A DNA stretch of 64,000 nucleotides from an uncultured Planctomycetota bacterium (GCA_963845755.1 CAWJTV010000009.1:224001-288000), one strand, 5' to 3'. Positions 1 through 13,741 are shown, counted from the first letter of the stretch. The notes: generated from the letters alone by a model not told the origin. Numbers and translations are program-made.

Positions 1-547
1 TAACAACTCGCAACGACTGTCGCGCCTTCCTTCGGCATCGACAGAAGGCCCACAGGTTCCTCCGAGGCGAATTTCGGTACTATTCGACCCGGGCTCCAGG
101 CGGCAGTCGCCCGTCAGCCACCCCGCGCCCATGACGACCGAGCGAACTGGATTTCCATGGTGAGCCTATGGTCAAACTCAGGTGTCCTCGCCAAGGATTT
201 CGACCATCCGAGTCGAGCCTCGATGGCTTTCCGAAGGACGAGGTGTACTTCGCGCAGGGGGCCGTACCCCGAGAAGACCTCGCCGAACCTGGAGCGGGAT
301 CGGACGCCCCCTGAGACGCAGAAGTTCCGGATGCTCTCCCAGGAGCCCCAATTGGTCTACAAATCGGAGCGATTATCGCAAGTCCGCCATGCGTTTGCAT
401 CCCTGCCGCAGAGTGTTGTCGGACGGCCGTGATCGGCCCCGCGTGGGACTGCCTTGCGATTCAGCCGCCGGTCGGGGCGATCCGTCTCTTGGCTTGGCGT
501 CCGGCCCGGCTGTGGCCCCAACTCCACCAGCCGCTAGCTGAAACGAC

Positions 548-1288
548 TCAGCCGATTTGCAGAGCGCGGCAAGTTTGTTCGTAAGCGGCTTCCAGGTCAA
601 GCGACACGATCAACGTTTCCGTCAGCCAGATGTACAAAGGCGGCAACGATTCACCGACGACGAGCGGCAGGGCCCAGGTGTCCAACTTCGTCTTTCGGGC
701 CGCCTGGCGCTTGCGACAGGTGGCCGTGTAGATCGGTGGCGGGTCGGGGGACATCGACGGGTCCCTTTGTCCGAGGAGGGTCAGCAACTCCGTGTACAGG
801 TTGAATCGGCGTACGGTCCCCAGATCGACCAGGGAGACGCAGACGTCATTCCGCAGCAAGTTGGCACATTTCGTGATGAACAGTTGGCGACTCTCCGGAA
901 GGTCCTTGTTTGCCGGGCTAACAATCTCCACAGCCGCCACCAGCCGACGGTCGCGCATCTGATCAAAGATCAGGACTTCGTAAACATACTGATCCGGGAA
1001 ATTGACGTCTACGGTGAGAGTGGGTGCGGGCGACGCCAAGGTGGCCGTGGCCGCGCCGCCATTGGTCACCGAATGCGGATCAGAGTGCCAATCCCGTTTG
1101 CCATCCTTGTCGAACGTGCATACGTCGATCTTGAAGTAGGTGCCCAGATGAACGCGCGGCTCGGCCGCAAAGCCCTTCGGTAATTTGGGTGCAAGGTTGA
1201 GAACCATCATCATCGGCCAACCGCCATGGAATCCTTCCCACGAAGCCTGGTTCCAAACCGGCGGTCGGAAGTGGTCTCTGAGCGGCAT
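548..1288 (-). CDS. DUF4058 family protein (planctomycete, restriction-endonuclease-like fold)
   Basis: Starts MPLRDHFRPP...SWEGFHGGWP, contains LVAAVEIVSPANK, ends LDLEAAYEQTCRALQI. ATG at 1288 has AGGAG upstream; the longer ORF call (to 1984) is likely spurious. Confidence 0.85.
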   Translation of the reverse strand: MPLRDHFRPPVWNQASWEGFHGGWPMMMVLNLAPKLPKGFAAEPRVHLGTYFKIDVCTFDKDGKRDWHSDPHSVTNGGAATATLASPAPTLTVDVNFPDQYVYEVLIFDQMRDRRLVAAVEIVSPANKDLPESRQLFITKCANLLRNDVCVSLVDLGTVRRFNLYTELLTLLGQRDPSMSPDPPPIYTATCRKRQAARKTKLDTWALPLVVGESLPPLYIWLTETLIVSLDLEAAYEQTCRALQIG

Positions 1289-1429
1289 GAGGATGCTCCT
1301 TTGGTGCATTCTATCATGATCGGCCAGGTGCAGCGAGCCGACTCGGAACGGAGGCACGGTATTGTTGATTGTTCGTACCCAACTCGGCCACGGCGAGCCG
1401 CGCCCGCCGGTCGTCGGCCTGAAGTCGCC

Positions 1430-1700
1430 GCTTGGAGGGCGATCAGGCTTTTGGAGCGCCACCGCCGTGCGGAACTCGGCCTCCGCCTCCGCTGGCTTGC
1501 TCGTGCCTATGAGCCGCACTGCCGAGGTTGTGGTGGCTGGTTGCCAGGAGGAAGCGGAATCGGGTGACGGCGGGGTTGTCGTCGGCGAGCTTTTGCTGGA
1601 TCGCCGGCAACCCGGTCGAACGTGCTGGCCACCAGCTTCAGAAGGCCGGCGTCGCTTTTCGAGAAGTTCCCGCGCAACCGGGTTTTCATTGCCCCGACCG
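1430..1700 (-). pseudogene. Remnant of TPR repeats from a planctomycete Ser/Thr kinase-type protein
   Basis: Minus-strand fragments AIQQKLADDNPAVTRFR and EAEAEFRTAVALQ lie in different frames with no start or kinase domain. Confidence 0.55.
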
Positions 1701-1993
1701 AGACTCCGCGCCATGGGGCCAGAGAGATCAAGTAAATCGAGAGGGGCCCCGATCGTCCCTTGCCCTACGCACCGAGTACCACAACAAGCCCAGGCCCGAT
1801 GACCTGTCGCCACGCTCAGTAGGTGTGAACGGGCTGGGGATCCCCTCAGCCGCTGTTTTCCTGCTTCAACATCGTCGAGAAGGGACCAGGTCATGGCAGA
1901 CGTACACGAAATCGATGCGAGGGTCACGAAAGTGCTGGTGCAACCCCTGGGCGTCGACGAAGACGACGTCACGCCCTCCGCCACCTTGAAAGG

Positions 1994-3579
1994 CAGTGAG
2001 TTCAGGGTTTTCCTCTGGCTCTAGGGGGCCCCGTCTTTTGCTCATGTGCTTGCTGGAGAACCCGGTAGGTCGACGTATGGTTGCCGAGCACACGCTTCTT
2101 GACTTTCTGATGACCGCCACGGCCGGAGCTGGGCGCTTTCCACCAACGGTCGCTCCAGGCGCCGGCAACCGCTCCCGCAAGTACGTGCGCACCTCACTCG
2201 CCGTCGGCACGGCGCCCAGCAACGACAGCAACGTCTTGACCTCAACCAACTCGCTGACCGACACCATTTGCCGCTCCACGTCGCCGAAGAGCTTCTCGTT
2301 GGAGATCGCCTTCGCCTCGCACTCTTGATGCGATGCCAGGTGCGTACGCACGACTTGCAGGGCGTTGTACAGCAGCAGGCAGAACGACAACTGGAACAGG
2401 ACCGCCTTCGGCTGCGTGCCGATCAGGTGCTTCAGCGAGAACACGTCGGTGATCTGCTGGAAGACCGTCTCCAGACCCCAACGACTCCGATACGTCGAGA
2501 GCATCGCCACGGCGGAATACGTCGTCTCGTCCCACAGGTCCGTGATCACGCCGAGCTCCTTGCCGTCGGCCAGATGCTTGGTGATCCGGCGCACGTACAC
2601 GCGGTCCGCCTTGGCGACCTTGCCCAGCCAGCCCCACTCCTGCACGATCCGGCGCCCGTCGGCGTCGCGGAGCTCCTGCGCCGGCCGGGACGCATCGGGA
2701 ACGAACGTCGTATTGCTGCAGTAGCGGATCAGGAAATGGCCGCCGGCCTTCAACACCTCCCGGGGAAAACTCAGGTTGCAGTAGAGTCGGTCCAGGACCA
2801 CCAACCACGGCTTCTCCACGCCGCCGGCCAGCGCCGCGAGCTTCGGCAGCAGGCCCTCGGTGAGAGCCGCTTCACCGGCTTCGCCGTCGAGGTGGCCCAC
2901 CATCGCGACGGCCAGGCCCGTCCGCAGGTCCAAGCCCACCGACGCCCGCGCACCGAGGATCCCCGCCTGCAAGCCGCGCAACGGCTTGAGGAGCCGGCGA
3001 ACGTGCTTGATCGCCTTGCCGTCGGCCCCGAAGACTTCGAAACCCGGCCCAACACGCCGGCAACGGCTCCACGGCCAGGGTCTCAGGCAGGACCGCGTTG
3101 AGCCGCTGGGTGCCTTCGGCGAGCAGGGCCTCGCTGAGGGGCAGGGGCAGGTTCCCCAACTTGTCATAGGACGAGGTGATCGAGACCGGCAGCGTGCCCT
3201 GTTCCTGGGCCCGCGTGAAGGCCTGGTAGCCACTCCCCTCGTGCTCGATCAAGGCATCGGTGATCAGATGGGCCAGCGTGCGGAACTTCAACTGCTTCTC
3301 GAAGCAGGGCCCGCGATTTCGCGCCCAGAGATCATCCAGCCACGAATCCGCCATCGCGTAGTGCAGCAACCGCCACACCGAGTCGGCCAGAGGAAGCCGA
3401 CTCAGCACCTCGGCGGCAAACGGGGTGTCGTTGAGGACCGAAGGACTCCGGACGGCTGCGGAAAAGACGGCGACCTCCATAACCGAAGGACTCCTGAGAG
3501 GACCGAAGGTGCAATCCGATGGGTATTTATGATACGGACCTCGGATCCGCGGTGGAACGCCAAGACCCTGAACTCACTG
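1994..3579 (-). mobile_element. IS4-family insertion sequence (1586 bp)
   Basis: Perfect 15-bp TIR cagtgagttcagggt and 10-bp TSD ccttgaaagg (1984-1993, 3580-3589). Confidence 0.93.
2001..3480 (-). pseudogene. IS4-family DDE transposase, frameshifted
   Basis: Motifs DGKAIKHV, LDRLY and YRSRWGLETVF are spread over several frames (ORFs 2872..3480 and 1866..3233). Confidence 0.85.
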
Positions 3580-4084
3580 CCTTGAAAGGGGATCTGGGGG
3601 CGGAGTCCATCGACTTCCTGGACATCATGTTCCGACTGGAGCGTGAGTTCGCCATCAAGATCCGGCAGGGTGAGTTGTTCGCTGAGGCAGTCTTCCGAGG
3701 CGACAAGGACATCGTGCAGGATGGCCGAGTGACCGACGAGGGCCTGGCGGTGCTGCGCTCCTACATGCCCTATGCCGACCTGAGGAACCTGGAGCGCGAC
3801 CGGCGGCTGAGCCGGGTCGATGATCTGTTCACGGTCGATCTGGTGGCGAGCTACATCCGATGGAAGCTCGTAGGGTGCGGCGAGTCCGCCAGCGATGTCC
3901 CCACGCCGGTTCTCGCCTCTCCTGTCTTGATCCATCGATGAACGCGGGTTTCCGCGGCTCGGAGAGTTCTTGATCTTCGTCGGAGTGTGACCGCTGTTCG
4001 ACGTAACCATTTCGGCTCTCGCACCCGAATCTCGACCATGCCCGTGGGCGGGTGTAAAGTAGGCGTCGACATCGAAGACATCCC

Positions 4085-4310
4085 ATGCAGACGAATGGAC
4101 CGAAAATGGACGTACCGTCGATCGTCGTGAAGCTGAGCGAGGGCCGTTCGGTCTTGCGCGGCGGTATGGGGGTGGTGCTCAAGGTCTCCGTGGCGGACAC
4201 TGGAGGGGCCTTCGCGGTCGTAGAACATCCGATCGAACCGGCGCGGCTCGTGCTGCCCCATATCCACCGGCACGAGAACGAGTATTCCTATGTCCTGGAG
4301 GGGACGATCT
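4085..4310 (+). pseudogene. Cupin domain protein, N-terminal fragment
   Basis: DTGGAFAVVEH...PHIHRHENEYSYVLEG is cupin motif 1; homology stops at ~4310. Confidence 0.75.
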
Positions 4311-4314
4311 CGAC

Positions 4315-4677
4315 TACGCGGTCTGTGCCGACATCGATGGCGCTCCGCCGCACGCCGGTCGCAGCGGCTGGACCTGGTACACTGGCTCGGCGGGCTGGCT
4401 GTACCGCGTCGCCCTCGAAGCGATCCTCGGTATCCGTCTTTCCGGTGATCTGCTCCGAGTCGAGCACTGCATCTCGGGCCGCTGGCCTGGGTACGAGATC
4501 GCCTACCGTCACGGAACCGCGACCTACCGAATCCGGGTGGAGAACCCGGCCGGAGCGGGCCGAGGATTGCGGTCGGTCCTGGTGGATGGGCAGATGGTGC
4601 CGGGCGCCGTGGTGCCATTGCGCGACGACGGCCGCGAGCATGACGGGCGGGTCACGCTGGGTCACGAGAAAGGGTGA
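4315..4677 (+). pseudogene. C-terminal fragment of a GH94 glycoside phosphorylase / cyclic beta-1,2-glucan synthase-like protein
   Basis: An unlisted frame reads YAVCADIDGAPPHAGRSGWTWYTGSAGWLYRVALEAILG...YRIRVENP...LRDDGREH, with no start codon. Confidence 0.8.
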
Positions 4678-4680
4678 GCC

Positions 4681-6003
4681 ATGGCCGACGAACCACAAGC
4701 CGAGCTCGAGCAGACTCGTCCGCCGACTGAGCTGGACCTCAACCGGCTCCAGTGGACCACCATCCTTTACTACCTGCACGAGACCAATCCCGATAACGGC
4801 CTGGTCCGGGATAAGACCGATCCGGCCGCTCCGTGCAGCATCGCCGCCGTGGGGATGGCCATGGCGACCCTCCCCGTTATGGTCGAGCGCGGCGTGTTCT
4901 TCCGGCCGTTCGCGGCGAAGCTCGCCCGCAGGAGACTGCGCTTCCTGCACGACCTTCCACAGGGGCCGGAGCCCGATGCCTCCGGGTACAAGGGTTTCTT
5001 CTACCACTTCCTCGACATCGAGACCGGCCGCCGCGTGTGGCAGTGTGAGCTCTCGACGGTCGACTCCGCGTTCCTGTTCGCGGGTATGCTCACCGCCGCA
5101 GCGTATTTCGACCAGGACACGGCCGACGAGGCTGAGGTCCGCCGCCTGGCCGACGCGCTCTACTGCCGGGCCGACTGGGATTGGGCCCGGAACGGGGGCG
5201 CGACGCTGACGCACGGTTGGCGGCCGGAAAACGGCTTCATCCCGTATCGCTGGGAGGGCTACGACGAGGGGCTGCTCCTGTACGTGCTGGGCCTGGGATC
5301 GCCCACGCACCCGCTGCCCCCGGAGAGCTACGCCGCCTACTGCGCGACCTACCAGTGGAAGGAGCTCTACGGTCGCGAGCTGCTCTACTCCGGGCCACTG
5401 TTCACCCACCAGCTCTCGCACCTGTGGATCGATTTTCGTGGTCTTCGTGACGCCTTCATGAGGGACCACAACAGCGACTACTTCGAGAACAGCCGGCAGG
5501 CCACTTTCGTGCAGCAGGCATACGCGATCAATAACCCACGGCAGTTCGCCGGCTATGGAGAGAACTGCTGGGGGTTCACGGCCTGCGACGGCCCCGGCTG
5601 GATGAAGCGGGACGTGGACGGGGTGGAGCGCGAGTTCTTCGACTACACCGGCCGCGGCGCCCCGTACGGCCCAGACGACGGAACCGTGGCACCGTGGGTC
5701 GTGGTCGGCTCGTTGCCATTCGCCCCGGAGATCGTCATTCCCACCGTCTACCATCTGTCTGGCCTGAATCTGGGCGGCCAGGACCGGCCGTACGGGTTCA
5801 AGGCATCGTTCAACCAGACGTTTCGCGTGGACGACAGCCCGACCGGCTGGTGGGTGACGCCAATTCAGTTCGGCATCGACCAGGGGCCGGTGGCGCTGAT
5901 GATCGAGAACTACCGCAACGGCCTGATCTGGGACATTACGCGCCGCTGCCCGTGTATCGTCGCAGGGCTGCGGCGGGCCGGGTTCACCGGCGGCTGGTTG
6001 TAG
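4681..6003 (+). CDS. Glucoamylase-family protein (GH144 endo-beta-1,2-glucanase-like)
   Basis: SIAAVG, GFFYHFLD, ELSTVD, WEGYDE, GPLFTHQ, GIDQGP and MIENYR motifs; intact 440 aa. Confidence 0.85.
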   Translation: MADEPQAELEQTRPPTELDLNRLQWTTILYYLHETNPDNGLVRDKTDPAAPCSIAAVGMAMATLPVMVERGVFFRPFAAKLARRRLRFLHDLPQGPEPDASGYKGFFYHFLDIETGRRVWQCELSTVDSAFLFAGMLTAAAYFDQDTADEAEVRRLADALYCRADWDWARNGGATLTHGWRPENGFIPYRWEGYDEGLLLYVLGLGSPTHPLPPESYAAYCATYQWKELYGRELLYSGPLFTHQLSHLWIDFRGLRDAFMRDHNSDYFENSRQATFVQQAYAINNPRQFAGYGENCWGFTACDGPGWMKRDVDGVEREFFDYTGRGAPYGPDDGTVAPWVVVGSLPFAPEIVIPTVYHLSGLNLGGQDRPYGFKASFNQTFRVDDSPTGWWVTPIQFGIDQGPVALMIENYRNGLIWDITRRCPCIVAGLRRAGFTGGWL

Positions 6004-6072
6004 CGCGACGGCCCGCGGGAGATTATCATGGTTCGGCACACGATTCGATCTCGGAGTAAGGAGGGTCCAATC

Positions 6073-6164
6073 ATGACCATCGGCGACAATCGACCATTTT
6101 TCGTCTTGCCCTTCGACGCGGCCGGCGACGCCAGCAGTGCGGCTTCGCCCCGAGGAGGTCGAGC

Positions 6165-6168
<4 letters not shown>
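6073..6168 (+). pseudogene. 31-codon remnant beginning like a DUF2090 protein
   Basis: AAGGAGG RBS, then MTIGDNRPFFVLPFD (resembles the N-terminal ...LPFDHR start of DUF2090 proteins). The stop overlaps the tkt ATG (ATGA). Confidence 0.45.
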
Positions 6169-8267
<2,099 letters not shown>

Positions 8268-8600
8268 GGTGCGGGGCACGACGGAGAGGCATTCTCCGGA
8301 GGATCGCGATCGCCGCCGACCACGGCGGATCAATCCTAGCTTCCCGGCCCCTCGTGGGGCACTCTAGACTGCCCCGGCTCATGCCCCGGAGGGCCTCGTT
8401 TGGTGGGAATCTTTCGCCCGGCCGGCCGATCGGATAGCTTCTCTGTCTCAGTCGTTGTGATAGAACCGATCAAGCGGCGCTGGAGCGGCCGACTGCTGCC
8501 ACGATGAAGTCGATCGCACCGCACCGATTGAGGTATGATGCAGACCGACGGCGCAAGAAACGCAACGTGATGTCCGGCAGTCCGAAAGGGGGATCCCTGA

Positions 8601-10159
8601 ATGGCAAGCTCTCATGATGAGATTTCGGAGACGAGAACGGGAGCAAAAACTGACCCTCCCAAGACGCTGTCGGCAGACGGACCTCCCAAACCCGCCGAGG
8701 CCAGGTCGTCATCGCACCGCGGGCGAAAGGGGTTGCTGTGGTTGGCGGCGTTGGCTGGATTGGCGATCGGAGGATATCTGATGAAGCCTGCGGTGGAAAC
8801 GGCGCTGAACACGGTTTCCACCGATGACGCTTACGTCAACGGCCACGTGACCTTCGTGGCTCCCCGCGTCTCGGGCCAGGTAAGCCGGGTGTTGGTCGAC
8901 GACAACTACCGCGTGAAAAAGGGGGCCTTACTGGTTCAGCTCGACAAGGAACCCTACCAGGTTCAAGTCGAGATCGCGAAGGCCGCCCTGGCGGTCGCCG
9001 AAACGAACCTCGCGGCGGCTGAGGCGCAAGTGCGTAGCCTGATTGCCCAGGGCCGAGCCAATCGCTACCGGCTCGAGCACAGCATCGAGGATGTTCACAC
9101 CCAGATCGCCAACCTGCGCGCAACGTGGCGACTCTCAAGAGCCGGGAGGCGACCCGGGCGCTGGCTCGGGCCAACCTCAAGCGGGGCCGGGAGCTCGCGC
9201 CGAGCGGGGGCATCAGCAAGGAAGATCTCGACCAGCGCGAGCAGACGGTCAAGGTCGATGAAGCGGCCGTCGATCAGGCCCTCCAGGCCGTGTACGCCAC
9301 CCGGGTCGGCCTGGGGCTTCCCGCCCAGCCGCCCCAGGGCCACGACCTGGGCGAAGTGCCGGATCAGCTCGACCAAACCTTCTCCGCCGTCAGCCAGGCA
9401 ATGGGACAGTTACTCGAGACCACGTCCCAGTTCGGTTATGTGCCGACGCGATGGAACGCAACCCCCAAGGAGGCTCTCGACGAGTTTTACAAGCAGGACC
9501 CCGGCCGCGATGTCGACAAGATCTTCGCGCAGATCATTCCCAAGGCGCCGGCCGTCAAGCAGGCCGAGGCCAAGCGCGAGCAGGCCCGCGCCGATTTGGC
9601 TCAGGCCGACCTGAACCTCCGCTACTGCGACATCGTCAGCGAGATCGACGGCGTGGTGACCCGCCGCAACGTCAACCCCGGCAACAACGTCGCCGTGGGG
9701 CAAAGTCTCATGGCCGTCCGCTCGCTCACTGAGATCTGGATTGATGCCAATTTCAAGGAAACCCAGCTTGTGGACCTGCGCATCGGCCACCGAGTGCGCT
9801 GCGAGGTCGATATGTACGGCAGCCGGCGTGAGTACGAGGGCCGCATCACCGGCTTCACCATGGGGACCGGTCAAACCCTGTCTCTGCTCCCGCCGCAGAA
9901 CGCCACCGGCAACTTCGTGAAGATCGTCCAGCGGCTGCCGGTTCGCGTTGAGCTGACCGACTACGATCCGGACAAGGCCCCGTTGTTCGTTGGCCTGTCG
10001 GTGGTCCCGTACGTCTACTTCAAGGAAGGGCCCACGGGGCCGCACGCCGGGGATGTCCTGCAGCCGCTCTACTCGCTTCCGCCGGGCCCAACGGTGGCGG
10101 ACGACCGGGCAACCTCGCAAACAACGCCCCCGCTTTCCGGAGGCCACAGCGGCCCTTGA
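8601..10159 (+). CDS. EmrA/HlyD-family efflux adaptor, frameshift at ~9120
   Basis: TM segment and STDDAYVNG in 8601..9614; ANFKETQL and LLPPQNATGNFVKIVQRLPVRV in 9125..10159. Confidence 0.88.
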
Positions 10160-10223
10160 AGGCGGAAACACCGGCGGCCTTGCGAATCTCCGTTCCTCCT
10201 GGCTCGTTCCGAAGGAGCCCCGC

Positions 10224-11834
10224 GTGAGCAGCGTGACCCTGGCGCCGAGCGCCCTCGACCGCCCGGCGATCAACCCCTGGTTCGTCGCGGCCGCGGTGGT
10301 CGTGCCCACCTTCATGGAAGTTCTGGATACCACGATCGCCAACGTCGCGTTGCGGTACATCGCCGGCGGCCTCTCGGCGTCGAACGTCGACAGTGAGTGG
10401 GTCCTCACCAGCTACCTCGCGGCCAATGCCACCATCTTGCCGATCACGGGTTGGCTGTCGGCCCACCTGGGCCGTCGCAACTACTTCCTGCTCTCGATCG
10501 CCGTGTTCACCATCGCCTCGGGGCTGTGCGGCATGGCCACGAGCCTCGAACAACTGATCCTGTTCCGGGTGATCCAGGGTCTGGGCGGCGGCGGACTCCA
10601 GCCTTCCAGCCAGGCCATCCTCCTGGACACCTTCCCAGCCGAGAAACAAGGCGCGGCCCAGACGATGTTCGGCGTGGCGGCCCTGCTGGCGCCGGTCGTC
10701 GGCCCGACCCTGGGCGGTTATCTCACGGTCACCTACAACTGGCGCTGGATCTTCTACATCAATATCCCTGTCGGCGCCCTCGGCTTCCTCGCGTCTTACC
10801 TCCTGGTCGCCGACCCCGATTACCTCAAGAAGCAGCGGGCCGAGCTGCGTCGACTACCGCTCAATTTCGACTACATCGGCCTGGGGCTGCTCATCTTGAT
10901 CATGTCGAGCTGGGAAGTGATGCTCAGCAAGGGCCAGGAGTGGGACTGGTATAATGACCCGTTCTGGCGGGTGCAGACGCTTTTCGTCCTGTTCGTTCTC
11001 GGGCTGGGCTGCCTGATCTTCAGGGAACGGCGGATCGCCCACCCGGTGGTCGACTTCCGGCCGCTCTCCGAACGGAACTTCGCGGCCTGCTGCATCATCA
11101 TCTTCTGTGCGTACGGGATCCTCTATGGCGCCAGCACGTCCCTTCCCGGCCTGCTCCAGTCCCAGTTCGGCTACGACGCCTATGTCTCAGGGTTGGTTCA
11201 GTCGCCGTCGGGCGTTTTCTCCATCATGGGGCTGATCGTGGTCGGCACCCTCATCGGTCGGGGCTTCGATGCCCGCTGGTTGATCACTGGGGGTTTGCTG
11301 ATCATGGCGGCCGGGAACTACTGGATGGCGCTGATGAACCTGTACATCAGCCCGGATCTGGTGGTCTGGCCGCGGGTGGTGTTGATCGTCGGCCTGTCGA
11401 TGATCTTCGTTTCGATCAACGTGGCCGCATTCAAGTACATCCCCCCCCATCTCCGCGGGGCCGCGGTCGGCCTGTTCGCCCTGCTCCGCAACGAGGGGGG
11501 CAGCGTCGGCACGTCTCTGGCCCAGGCCTTCGAGTGGCGACGCGAGCATTTCCACACGGCGCGCGTGGGCGAGTTCCTCGACCCCTTGAACCCGCACGTG
11601 AACGACTTCTTCCGGGAGGGCCAGGCGTTCTTCGTCGAGCAGACGGGTGACCCGGCCGCATCGCAGCAGATGACCTTGCAGGCGCTGGAGAACCTCCGCC
11701 AGCAGCAGTCGGCTTCACTGGCGTACTTCGACGACTTCTGGCTGTTCGCTGTCCTAGCGTTGGCCCTGGTCCCTCTTGTTTTCCTCATGAAGCGATCCGT
11801 GGCCGAAAAGGGGGAGCACATCGGGGCGGAATAG
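10224..11834 (+). CDS. DHA2/EmrB-family MFS efflux permease
   Basis: FMEVLDTTIANVAL, WVLTSYL, LFRVIQGLGGG and WRWIFYINIPVG motifs; GTG start after AAGGAG. Confidence 0.93.
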   Translation: MSSVTLAPSALDRPAINPWFVAAAVVVPTFMEVLDTTIANVALRYIAGGLSASNVDSEWVLTSYLAANATILPITGWLSAHLGRRNYFLLSIAVFTIASGLCGMATSLEQLILFRVIQGLGGGGLQPSSQAILLDTFPAEKQGAAQTMFGVAALLAPVVGPTLGGYLTVTYNWRWIFYINIPVGALGFLASYLLVADPDYLKKQRAELRRLPLNFDYIGLGLLILIMSSWEVMLSKGQEWDWYNDPFWRVQTLFVLFVLGLGCLIFRERRIAHPVVDFRPLSERNFAACCIIIFCAYGILYGASTSLPGLLQSQFGYDAYVSGLVQSPSGVFSIMGLIVVGTLIGRGFDARWLITGGLLIMAAGNYWMALMNLYISPDLVVWPRVVLIVGLSMIFVSINVAAFKYIPPHLRGAAVGLFALLRNEGGSVGTSLAQAFEWRREHFHTARVGEFLDPLNPHVNDFFREGQAFFVEQTGDPAASQQMTLQALENLRQQQSASLAYFDDFWLFAVLALALVPLVFLMKRSVAEKGEHIGAE

Positions 11835-12019
11835 ACCCGATAGACCGAACGAGCTGGACAGTTTGGCTGCGTGGATGCGGTCCTCTTTACACGGCCATTC
11901 TCAAGCGTCCGCGCTGGACCGGCCGATAGTTCCGTCTGTGCGGATCGTTCTCGATTTGCCGAGAGCGATGTTCCGTTGCGAGAAGCCGTGAACGGAAACA
12001 CACACGACGGAAAAGACGT

Positions 12020-13741
12020 ATGGCTTGGCGAGTTCCACAAGGACACGATGCCCACCCGATTTCTTGTACTCGCCTCCGGCGATGGCCCGCGCTGGCCGGC
12101 CTGGTGGTCGCGGTCGTGCTCAACAGCGGATGCGTCTTGACCAGCCCCCGACAGTGGATTCACAACGGTTTCAAGGTCGGGCCCAACTATGGTCAGCCGC
12201 CGGCACCCGTAGCTGAGGAATGGATCCAGGCCAACGATCCCAGCGTGCAGAACCAGCACCTGCAAGACTGGTGGCAAGTCTTCCAGGATCCCACGCTCGA
12301 CGCCCTGATTGTTACCGCTTACGAGCAGAACCCGACCCTGCGGATCGCGGGCACGCGCGTCCTCGAAGCCCGTGCCGGACAGGCGATCGCCGTGGGCAAC
12401 ATCTTCCCCCAGACCCAGCAGGCGACGGCGGCGTACAGCCGGGTCAACCTCAACTCCAACATGCCGTTGATCGGGCCGATTCTCGCGTTGGCTCCGCCGA
12501 ATCAACGGTCGGCTGCGTTCTCCAACTGGTTCGACGGCTTCAACCTGAGCTGGGAGCTCGACCTGTGGGGCCGCATCCGCAGGAACATCGAGTCGAACAA
12601 TGCCAGCCTGGATGCTTCGGTGGAAGACTATGACGCCGCACTGGTGACCCTGCTTGCGGACGTGGCCACGAACTATGTGCAATATCGAGTCGCCCAGCAA
12701 CGGATCAAGATCGCACGGGACAACGTTCGGATCCAGGAGGGAGTCCTGACCCTCGCCGCGGAGAGATTCCGGGTCGGCACCACGACCCGGCTTGACGTGG
12801 AGCAGGCGAGGACCGTCCTGGAGCAGACCCGTTCAACCATCCCGTCGCTTCAGATCGCGCTCGGGCAGGCGAACGACACGCTGTGCACGTTGATTGGCAT
12901 GCCGCCACGCGACCTGGAGCCGGACCTGGGACCAGGACCCGAACTGGGCAGCAACCCCATGCCGAGCACGCCGGCATGGGTCGCCACGGGCATTCCGGCG
13001 GATCTCCTTCGCCGGCGCCCCGACGTCCGCAGCGCCGAGCGCCAGGTGGCGGCCCAGAGCGCTCAGATCGGAGTGGCCGAGGCCGCCCTGTACCCCACCC
13101 TCGCAATCAATGGCATCATCGGTTGGGATGCCCAGGACTTTTCCCAGTTCTTCGAGACCAAGAGCTTCATCGGAGCCATCTTTCCCAGCTTTAGTTGGAA
13201 CATCTTGAATTACGGCCGGATCAAGAACAACGTACGCTTGCAGATCGCCAGGACGCAGGAGCTGATTGCGACCTACCAGAATCTGGTCCTGAGGGCCGGC
13301 CGGGAAGTCCAGACTCCGCTCCGGGGCTTCTTGAGATCTCGGGAACAGGCCGAGGACCTGGATCGTAGCGTCAAGGCGGCCACCGCAGCCACCCAGCTTG
13401 GCGTGCAGCAGTACCGCACCGGTACCATTGATTTCAACAGGGTCTTCAACCTGGAAACCACACAGGTGCAGCAGCAAGACCAGTTGGCGGTCGCCGCGGG
13501 CAACATCGCTCTGAGCCTGATCGACGTTTATCGGGCGTTAGGAGGAGGCTGGGAACTGCGTTTGAACGAAGTACACGGCCAACCCGCCCCTGCTTCCCCG
13601 GAACCGAGCCTGCCTGCTCCGCTGGTTCGCGAATCGAACCTTCCTTGGGCGGTGCCGCGTGAGGTTGCCGCTGAACCGAACCTGCCGGCTCCGTTGGTTC
13701 GCGAGGACACGCCGGCGAGCGTTGAACGCAATCCCGGATAA
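12020..13741 (+). CDS. TolC/NodT-family outer-membrane efflux protein
   Basis: SWELDLWGRIR, LLRRRPDVRSAE and YRALGGGW motifs; Pro-rich repeated tail. Start is uncertain. Confidence 0.92.
   Translation: MAWRVPQGHDAHPISCTRLRRWPALAGLVVAVVLNSGCVLTSPRQWIHNGFKVGPNYGQPPAPVAEEWIQANDPSVQNQHLQDWWQVFQDPTLDALIVTAYEQNPTLRIAGTRVLEARAGQAIAVGNIFPQTQQATAAYSRVNLNSNMPLIGPILALAPPNQRSAAFSNWFDGFNLSWELDLWGRIRRNIESNNASLDASVEDYDAALVTLLADVATNYVQYRVAQQRIKIARDNVRIQEGVLTLAAERFRVGTTTRLDVEQARTVLEQTRSTIPSLQIALGQANDTLCTLIGMPPRDLEPDLGPGPELGSNPMPSTPAWVATGIPADLLRRRPDVRSAERQVAAQSAQIGVAEAALYPTLAINGIIGWDAQDFSQFFETKSFIGAIFPSFSWNILNYGRIKNNVRLQIARTQELIATYQNLVLRAGREVQTPLRGFLRSREQAEDLDRSVKAATAATQLGVQQYRTGTIDFNRVFNLETTQVQQQDQLAVAAGNIALSLIDVYRALGGGWELRLNEVHGQPAPASPEPSLPAPLVRESNLPWAVPREVAAEPNLPAPLVREDTPASVERNPG

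Larger units (their letters stand above)
1893..3941 (+). pseudogene. Acyl carrier protein (long planctomycete type) split by an IS4 element
   Basis: MADVHEIDARVTKVLVQPLGVDEDDVTPSATLKG (1893-1993) rejoins in frame to DLGAESIDFLDIMFRLEREF (from 3580) when the IS and one TSD are removed. Confidence 0.9.

Noticed and set aside
1..540. Small ORFs at the window start
   Set aside because: No recognisable homology; may be the tail of an upstream gene or intergenic DNA.
1289..1984. N-terminal extension of the 478-aa ORF 548..1984
   Set aside because: The DUF4058 start and RBS are at 1288; the extension crosses a TPR remnant and the antisense ACP 5' end.
4288..6039. Long antisense ORFs (4288..6039, 20925..22823, 25689..27893, 34446..37097, 47810..49429, 53652..55088)
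   Set aside because: These are shadow frames of real genes in high-GC DNA and carry no family motifs.
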